Shown one piece after another: positions 58,895 to 64,000 of a stretch of DNA of 64,000 nt. Below the pieces are notes generated by a model that saw only the letters and a program-made list of their open reading frames with translations, did no database searches and was not told the origin of the DNA. A program made the position numbers and the translations under genes. How positions within the stretch are numbered: the stretch's first letter is position 1; each line of letters begins with the position of its first letter. The stretch is from an uncultured Candidatus Rokubacteria bacterium (GTDB taxonomy: Bacteria; Methylomirabilota; Methylomirabilia; Rokubacteriales; DASRDR01): the NCBI GenBank assembly GCA_963805625.1, contig CAWDVE010000010.1, positions 1,984,001-2,048,000 on the forward strand, written 5' to 3'.

Positions 58895-59128
58895 TGCCCC
58901 GAACGACTCCTGGAGTACAGCGTCGAGGCGAAGCGCCCGTTTGGAACTGACTGTCCGGTCGCGACGCCGAAGGAGGCGATCGCGCAGTTCCGCGGGTTGA
59001 ACCGGATGGTGGAAGATGCGAACCTGCCCCGGATCCCGGAGCGCGTCATCGGGGCGATGCCCTACGAGCGACCCTTCGAGCTCCTGGGGCTCGCGACGCC
59101 GCACGACGGAGGAGACCGATCACGATGA
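58895..59128 (+). pseudogene. Degenerate C-terminus of an amidohydrolase_2 protein
   Basis: LEYSVEAKRPFGTDCPVATP...LNRMVEDANLPRIPE...ELLGL; stop overlaps the next ATG. Confidence 0.5.
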
Positions 59129-60561
59129 AGTTTGACTACTTCGTGACCCACACGCGGGTGGATGCCGCCGAGCCGTTCGAGCAGGTCTACGCCGGCGGGC
59201 TCGAGCAGCTGAAGCTGTGCGACCAGATGGGACTGAACACCGTCTGGTTCCCCGAGCACCAGTTCACCAACCAGCTCTGCTCACCGGCACCGCTCATCAA
59301 CGTGGTGGACGCCGCACATCGCACCCGTCGCGTCAGGCTCGGCACGGCGGTCGTCATCACACCGTACTACGACCCCCTGCTCCTGGCGGGGCAGGTCGCG
59401 CTGGCCGACCAGCTCACGCAGGGGCGCCTGGACATCGGCTTCGGCCGCGGCGGTTTCAAGTACGAGTACGAGCGGCTCGGGATGACGGAGCCGCTCGCCG
59501 CCGCCCGCCAGCAGGAGGCCCTCGAGATCATCCTTCGGGGGTGGACGGAGACGGACTTCGCCTATTCGGGCACCCATTTCAAGTTCCCCGAGGTGACGGT
59601 CGTCCCGCGCCCGTTCCAGCGGCCGTGCCCGCCCACGTGGATCGCTGCGCGCACGCCGGACAGCCTGCGATTCGCGGCCGAGCACGGCATCGGCATCATG
59701 ATGGCGCCGCAGCGTCAGCCGATCAGCCGCCTTCAGGGCCAGATGCGGCTCCTCGACGCCATCTGCGAGGACCTTGGCGTGGACCGGCCACCGGTGCGCA
59801 TGAGCCGCGAGATCTGGGTGTCGACCAGCCAGGCCGAGACGCGGCGGGTCGCCGAGCTGCTGCGGGAGTACCACACGGTGCAGTGGAACCTCCACCAGAA
59901 CGCCGCGCCGACGGTGGACGGCTTCACGGAGGCCGTCCCGCTCCCCCGGGGCTACGACATCTCACCAGAGGAGCTGATCGCGCGGAGCGTGATGGGCGAA
60001 CCCGAGCAGTGCGTCGAGCGGCTCCGCGAGTACGAAGCCCTGGGCGCCGACGCATTCATCGCCAACTTCGACTGGGGCCAGCCGAAGCGGGACATCCTCC
60101 GGTCGATGGAGCTCTTCGCGGAGCGGGTGCTGCCGCACTTCGCCGACGACCGGCCCGCGGTTCGACCCGTGCCGGACCCGCACGGCCGCGCTCGCACCGC
60201 GGTACGCGAACCGGTGCTCATCGACGTCGAGGGGCTGGCGGGGGACTGGATGCACTGGGAAGCCGACGAGTGGTTCGGACAATTCGAGCGCGTGTCCGGG
60301 GGCGAGCACCGGCGGAGCCACATCTTCGACTTCGCCACCGCGCCAAAGGTGCGGGCACACGCGGACGGCTCGGTCGACGTGCAAGGGCTCCTGCGCCTCG
60401 TCTCGGACGTCGGGTGCCCGGACTGCGGTCGGCCCGTCATCGCGCTGTACCGGCGGTGGGAGGGCGAGGACCGGGCGGCGATCACTCGACATCTCACGGA
60501 GCGCATGCGCGCGCTCCGGTGGCACGAACGACACACGAACCGACGACCGATGGGACGGTGA
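59125..60561 (+). CDS. LLM-class flavin-dependent monooxygenase with C-terminal extension
   Basis: WFPEHQF, RLGTAV, GRLDIGFGRG, SMELFAERVLPHF, then about 135 extra aa containing CPDCG. Confidence 0.88.
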   Translation: MKFDYFVTHTRVDAAEPFEQVYAGGLEQLKLCDQMGLNTVWFPEHQFTNQLCSPAPLINVVDAAHRTRRVRLGTAVVITPYYDPLLLAGQVALADQLTQGRLDIGFGRGGFKYEYERLGMTEPLAAARQQEALEIILRGWTETDFAYSGTHFKFPEVTVVPRPFQRPCPPTWIAARTPDSLRFAAEHGIGIMMAPQRQPISRLQGQMRLLDAICEDLGVDRPPVRMSREIWVSTSQAETRRVAELLREYHTVQWNLHQNAAPTVDGFTEAVPLPRGYDISPEELIARSVMGEPEQCVERLREYEALGADAFIANFDWGQPKRDILRSMELFAERVLPHFADDRPAVRPVPDPHGRARTAVREPVLIDVEGLAGDWMHWEADEWFGQFERVSGGEHRRSHIFDFATAPKVRAHADGSVDVQGLLRLVSDVGCPDCGRPVIALYRRWEGEDRAAITRHLTERMRALRWHERHTNRRPMGR

Positions 60562-60566
60562 CGACC

Positions 60567-60956
60567 ATGGCGACGCTGGAGGAGTATCGCGGGATCGGGC
60601 AAAAGCTGCGGCAGCGGGTGTTCGGGCCGCCGACGGGCGCCAAGAGTCCGACGCAGGAGCTGGCCCCCGACCTGGGGCGGATCAGCGACGAGGTCCTGTT
60701 CGGCCAGATCTGGAGCCGCCCCGGCCTGGAGCTGCCACACCGGAGCATGATCACCATCGCCGCGCTCACGGCGCTGGGACGGGAGACGGAGCTCCGAGCA
60801 CACATCCGGGGAGGGCTCAACCTCGGGCTCTCGCGCGAGCAGATCGTGGAGATCATCTTGCAGATGGCCTTCTACGCCGGCCAGCCGGCGGCCCACGCCG
60901 GCTTCCGTGCGGCCAAGGAGGTCTTCGACCAGCTCGACAAGCAGGGAGGACACTGA
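60567..60956 (+). CDS. Carboxymuconolactone decarboxylase family protein
   Basis: FGQIWSRPGL, RSMITIAAL, ELRAHIRG, YAGQPAA. Confidence 0.88.
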   Translation: MATLEEYRGIGQKLRQRVFGPPTGAKSPTQELAPDLGRISDEVLFGQIWSRPGLELPHRSMITIAALTALGRETELRAHIRGGLNLGLSREQIVEIILQMAFYAGQPAAHAGFRAAKEVFDQLDKQGGH

Positions 60957-60957
60957 C

Positions 60958-62514
60958 ATGCACGCGCATCGCGCTCGGCACGTGCGTAACGCCCGATCCG
61001 CCTGGATCGCCGTCTCGATCGTCGTCCTGTTGGCGGCCGCCGTCGGGCCAACCGCCGCCCAGACGCCGGTGCGAGGCGGCGCCCTCCGCGTGGGCTGGAT
61101 CGCGGACGCAAAGACTCTGGACCCGCACTTCTCGGTGCAGTTCTCGGAGCGCTACGTCCTCTACATGGTCTTCAACACGCTGGTCGGCCTGGACAAGGCT
61201 TTTAACGTCGTGCCCGAGCTCGCGCGTGCCTGGCAGATCTCCCCGGACGGCAAACACGTGACGTTCCAGCTCCAACGGGGCGTGAAGTTCCACGACGGGA
61301 GCGACTTCACTGCCGACGTCGTCAAGTGGAACATCGAGCGCATCCTGGATCCCCAGACGAAGTCCCCGCAGCGGAGCCAGCTGGAGCCGGCCGTGGCCGC
61401 GGTGACGGTGGCGGATCCCCACACGGTCGTCTTCGAGCTGAAGAAGCCGTTCGCGCCGTTGCTGGCCGCGCTGGCCGAGCGTCCGGGGTTCATCGTGTCG
61501 CCGGCGGCCGTGAAGCAGGCCGGTCCCGACTTCGGCCGGCGCCCGGTCGGGACGGGGCCGTTTCGCTTCGTCGAGTGGGTGGCCGACTCCCAGCTGACGC
61601 TCGAGCGGTTCCCGGATTACTGGGACAAGGGCAAGCCCTACCTCGACCGCGTCACGTTCCGGATCGTCCCCGATCCCACGGTGCGGCTCACCATGGTGCG
61701 GACAGGCGAGGTCGACATCGCCACGGACGTGGACGCCAAGGATGTCCCCGCGCTTCAAGGCGAGGCCGCGCTCCGCGTGTCCGAGATGCGACCCCCTGCG
61801 CGGTGGACGGCGCTCCAGTGGCATGTCGACAAGCCGCCCTTCAACAGCAAAGCGCTCCGGCAGGCAATCGCGCTTGGCATCGATCGGAACGAGCTCAAAG
61901 AGGTGCTGCTGCGCGGTTTCGGCGAGCCGGCGCGCGGCCCGGTCGTGCCCGGGCTCTGGTGGTTCGACCCCGGCTTCAAGGGCTTCGGCCACGACGTCGA
62001 GCAGGCCAAGCGGAAGCTCGCCGAGGCGGGTTATCCGAACGGCTTCCGGCACAAGTTCGTCGTCGAGAACACTCCCCAGTGGATTCGCCAGGCGGAGCTG
62101 CTCCAGGGGCAGCTCCAGAAGATCAACGTGACGCTGGAGCTCGAGCCGGTCAACACCGCGGACGCCTATGCCCTCATCGTCCAGCGGAAGACCAACTGGA
62201 CCCACACCCGCTGGACCCAGCGCGCCGATCCCAGCGGGCTGCTCGCCATCCTGTTCCACAGCAAGGGATTCGCGAACTCGACCGGCTACAACAACCCCCG
62301 GGTGGACGAGCTGCTCGACCGCGCGGCGGCGATCTACGAGCCGGAGCGCCGGAAGCCACTCTATCAGGAGGCCGAGCGGCTCATCGTGGACGATGTCCCA
62401 TACGTGTTCCTCAACTACACGACCGAGTTCGCGGTCATGAACCGCAAGGTCCAGAACTGGGGCTGGATCCCCGACTTGATCCCGCGCTTCCGCGAGCTGT
62501 GGCTCGAGCGCTGA
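60958..62514 (+). CDS. Peptide/nickel ABC substrate-binding protein (family 5)
   Basis: TLDPH, PELARAW, GVKFHDG, PVGTGPF. Confidence 0.9.
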   Translation: MHAHRARHVRNARSAWIAVSIVVLLAAAVGPTAAQTPVRGGALRVGWIADAKTLDPHFSVQFSERYVLYMVFNTLVGLDKAFNVVPELARAWQISPDGKHVTFQLQRGVKFHDGSDFTADVVKWNIERILDPQTKSPQRSQLEPAVAAVTVADPHTVVFELKKPFAPLLAALAERPGFIVSPAAVKQAGPDFGRRPVGTGPFRFVEWVADSQLTLERFPDYWDKGKPYLDRVTFRIVPDPTVRLTMVRTGEVDIATDVDAKDVPALQGEAALRVSEMRPPARWTALQWHVDKPPFNSKALRQAIALGIDRNELKEVLLRGFGEPARGPVVPGLWWFDPGFKGFGHDVEQAKRKLAEAGYPNGFRHKFVVENTPQWIRQAELLQGQLQKINVTLELEPVNTADAYALIVQRKTNWTHTRWTQRADPSGLLAILFHSKGFANSTGYNNPRVDELLDRAAAIYEPERRKPLYQEAERLIVDDVPYVFLNYTTEFAVMNRKVQNWGWIPDLIPRFRELWLER

Positions 62515-62604
62515 TCGGTCACGCCGCACACCCTCGGCCCCGGGCGGATCGCGTGACGGTCTGATGATCGGCCCCAGACCGGGGCCGGGCCCGACCACCT
62601 GACC

Positions 62605-63549
62605 GTGCCCGTCTTCGTGCTTCGCCGCGTGGCGGCGATGCTCTTCGCCATGTTGTTCCTTACCGCGCTGATCTTCATGCTGATGCACGCAATCCTGGGC
62701 GACCCGGTGGTCCTGATGCTGGGCCGCGACGCGGACCCGGCCACGGTGACGCGCCTTCGCCAGGACCTCGGCTTCGACCGGCCCGTGCACGTGCAGTACC
62801 TCGACTGGCTGGGTCGACTCTTGCGGGGCGACTGGGGCCGCTCCTTCCGCACGAGCCAGCCCGTGCTGGGCGCGATCGCCGCCCGGCTGCCGGTGACTCT
62901 CGAGCTGACGCTTCTCGCGCTCGGACTCGCCCTGGGGCTCGCCCTCGTTCTCGGCATCCTCGCCGCGGTGCGCCCCCACGGGCCGCTCGACTTCGGCGTC
63001 TCCGTGCTCACCGCGCTCGGGATCGCCATGCCGAATTTCTGGATCGCGATCCTGCTGATCCTGCTCTTCGCCCTCCACCTCCGCTGGCTTCCCTCCTCCG
63101 GCAGCGTGCCGCTGTCGGAGGACCCGCTCGGGAACCTGCGCGCCATGGCGCTGCCGGCGATCACGCTCAGCGCGGCCTACTTCTCCAACCTGGCCCGCCT
63201 GACGCGGGCCCGGATGCTCGAGGCGCTGGAGAGCGACTACGTGCGGACGGCCCGCGCCAAGGGCGTGCAGGAGCGCCGCGTCCTGTGGGCGCACGCGCTG
63301 CGGAACTCGTTCCTGCCGGTCCTGAGCGTGCTCGGCGTCAGCCTCTCGCGGCTCCTCGGAGGCGCGGTGGTCACCGAGACCGTGTTCGCCCTGCCTGGAG
63401 TCGGCGTCCTCCTCGTCGATTCCATCCTGAGCCGCGACTTCCCCGTCGTGCAGGGCGTGATCGTCGTCGTCACCGTCGGCGTCTTCCTCACGAACCTCCT
63501 CGTCGAGCTGGGCTACGGGCTGGTGGATCCGCGGGTGCGGCATGAGTAG
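62605..63549 (+). CDS. Peptide ABC permease (DppB/OppB-like)
   Basis: GDWGRS, DYVRTARAKG, HALRN, ETVFALPGVG. Confidence 0.9.
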   Translation: MPVFVLRRVAAMLFAMLFLTALIFMLMHAILGDPVVLMLGRDADPATVTRLRQDLGFDRPVHVQYLDWLGRLLRGDWGRSFRTSQPVLGAIAARLPVTLELTLLALGLALGLALVLGILAAVRPHGPLDFGVSVLTALGIAMPNFWIAILLILLFALHLRWLPSSGSVPLSEDPLGNLRAMALPAITLSAAYFSNLARLTRARMLEALESDYVRTARAKGVQERRVLWAHALRNSFLPVLSVLGVSLSRLLGGAVVTETVFALPGVGVLLVDSILSRDFPVVQGVIVVVTVGVFLTNLLVELGYGLVDPRVRHE

Positions 63550-64000
63550 GCGGACCGCGCAGGTCGCCGCCGGCGCCGCCGTCATCGGCGCCGCTCTCCT
63601 GTGCGCCGGGCTCGGCGCGCGCCTCGCGCCGCACGACCCGCTGCGCTACGACGTCCGCAGCACCCTCCGCGCCCCGAGCCCGGCGCACCCGCTCGGGACC
63701 GATCCCCTCGGACGCGACGTGCTGAGCCAGGTGATTACCGGAGCTCGCGTCTCGATGGTTGCCGGCGTGGTCTCGGTGATCGTGGGCATGGCGGCCGGGA
63801 CCGCGGTGGGCCTGGTGGCGGGGACCGCCCGCGGCCGCGCGGCCGGCCTCCTGATGCGCGCCATGGACAGCCTCCTCGTATTCCCGTCCCTCGTGCTGGC
63901 GCTGGCCATCACCGCCTTCCTCGGCGTGAGCCTGTGGAACGTGATCGTCGCGCTCGCGGTGACGTTCCTGCCGACGTTCGCGATCCTCGTCCGCGGGGAG
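63542..64000 (+). CDS. Peptide ABC permease (DppC/OppC-like), runs off the window end
   Basis: HPLGTDPLGRDVLSQVITGARVS. Confidence 0.85.
   Translation, partial: MSRRTAQVAAGAAVIGAALLCAGLGARLAPHDPLRYDVRSTLRAPSPAHPLGTDPLGRDVLSQVITGARVSMVAGVVSVIVGMAAGTAVGLVAGTARGRAAGLLMRAMDSLLVFPSLVLALAITAFLGVSLWNVIVALAVTFLPTFAILVRGE

Noticed and set aside
60853-63585. 910-aa minus-strand ORF
   Set aside because: Antisense to clear peptide ABC transporter genes
1-64000. CRISPR array, cas genes, rRNA or intact tRNA
   Set aside because: No regularly spaced repeats, cas motifs or complete cloverleaf seen by eye

Overview
High-GC bacterial window. Gene content and double-zinc-ribbon/GAF remnants suggest a Rokubacteria/Methylomirabilota-like organism (inference only). 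It is mostly catabolic. Two separate loci pair LeuC/LeuD-type hydratases with ICL/PEP-mutase-family lyases and ABC importers. It also holds a 2-oxoacid/acetoin dehydrogenase E1a/E1b/E2 operon, acetoacetate-CoA ligase, a cobalt-type nitrile hydratase operon, flavo/TPP enzymes and a peptide ABC importer. About 17.4-30.4 kb is a decayed mobile region: tRNA-like att remnants, a frameshifted ISAzo13, attC-like remnants, a DUF3987 gene with iteron-like repeats, a truncated tyrosine integrase and an intact three-gene secreted cassette with a PLC/P1-nuclease-type zinc domain. Main highlights: (1) a UGA-containing redoxin (FYRGYW-U-PKC) with a downstream hairpin, a probable selenoprotein missed by the ORF track; (2) a nitrile hydratase accessory protein fused to a Cys-rich thioredoxin-like ferredoxin, in an operon flanked by degenerate repeats; (3) the secreted PLC-like cassette; (4) a LeuD homolog starting at ACG; (5) a sigma54 promoter directly downstream of its candidate activator; (6) a pseudo-tRNA.
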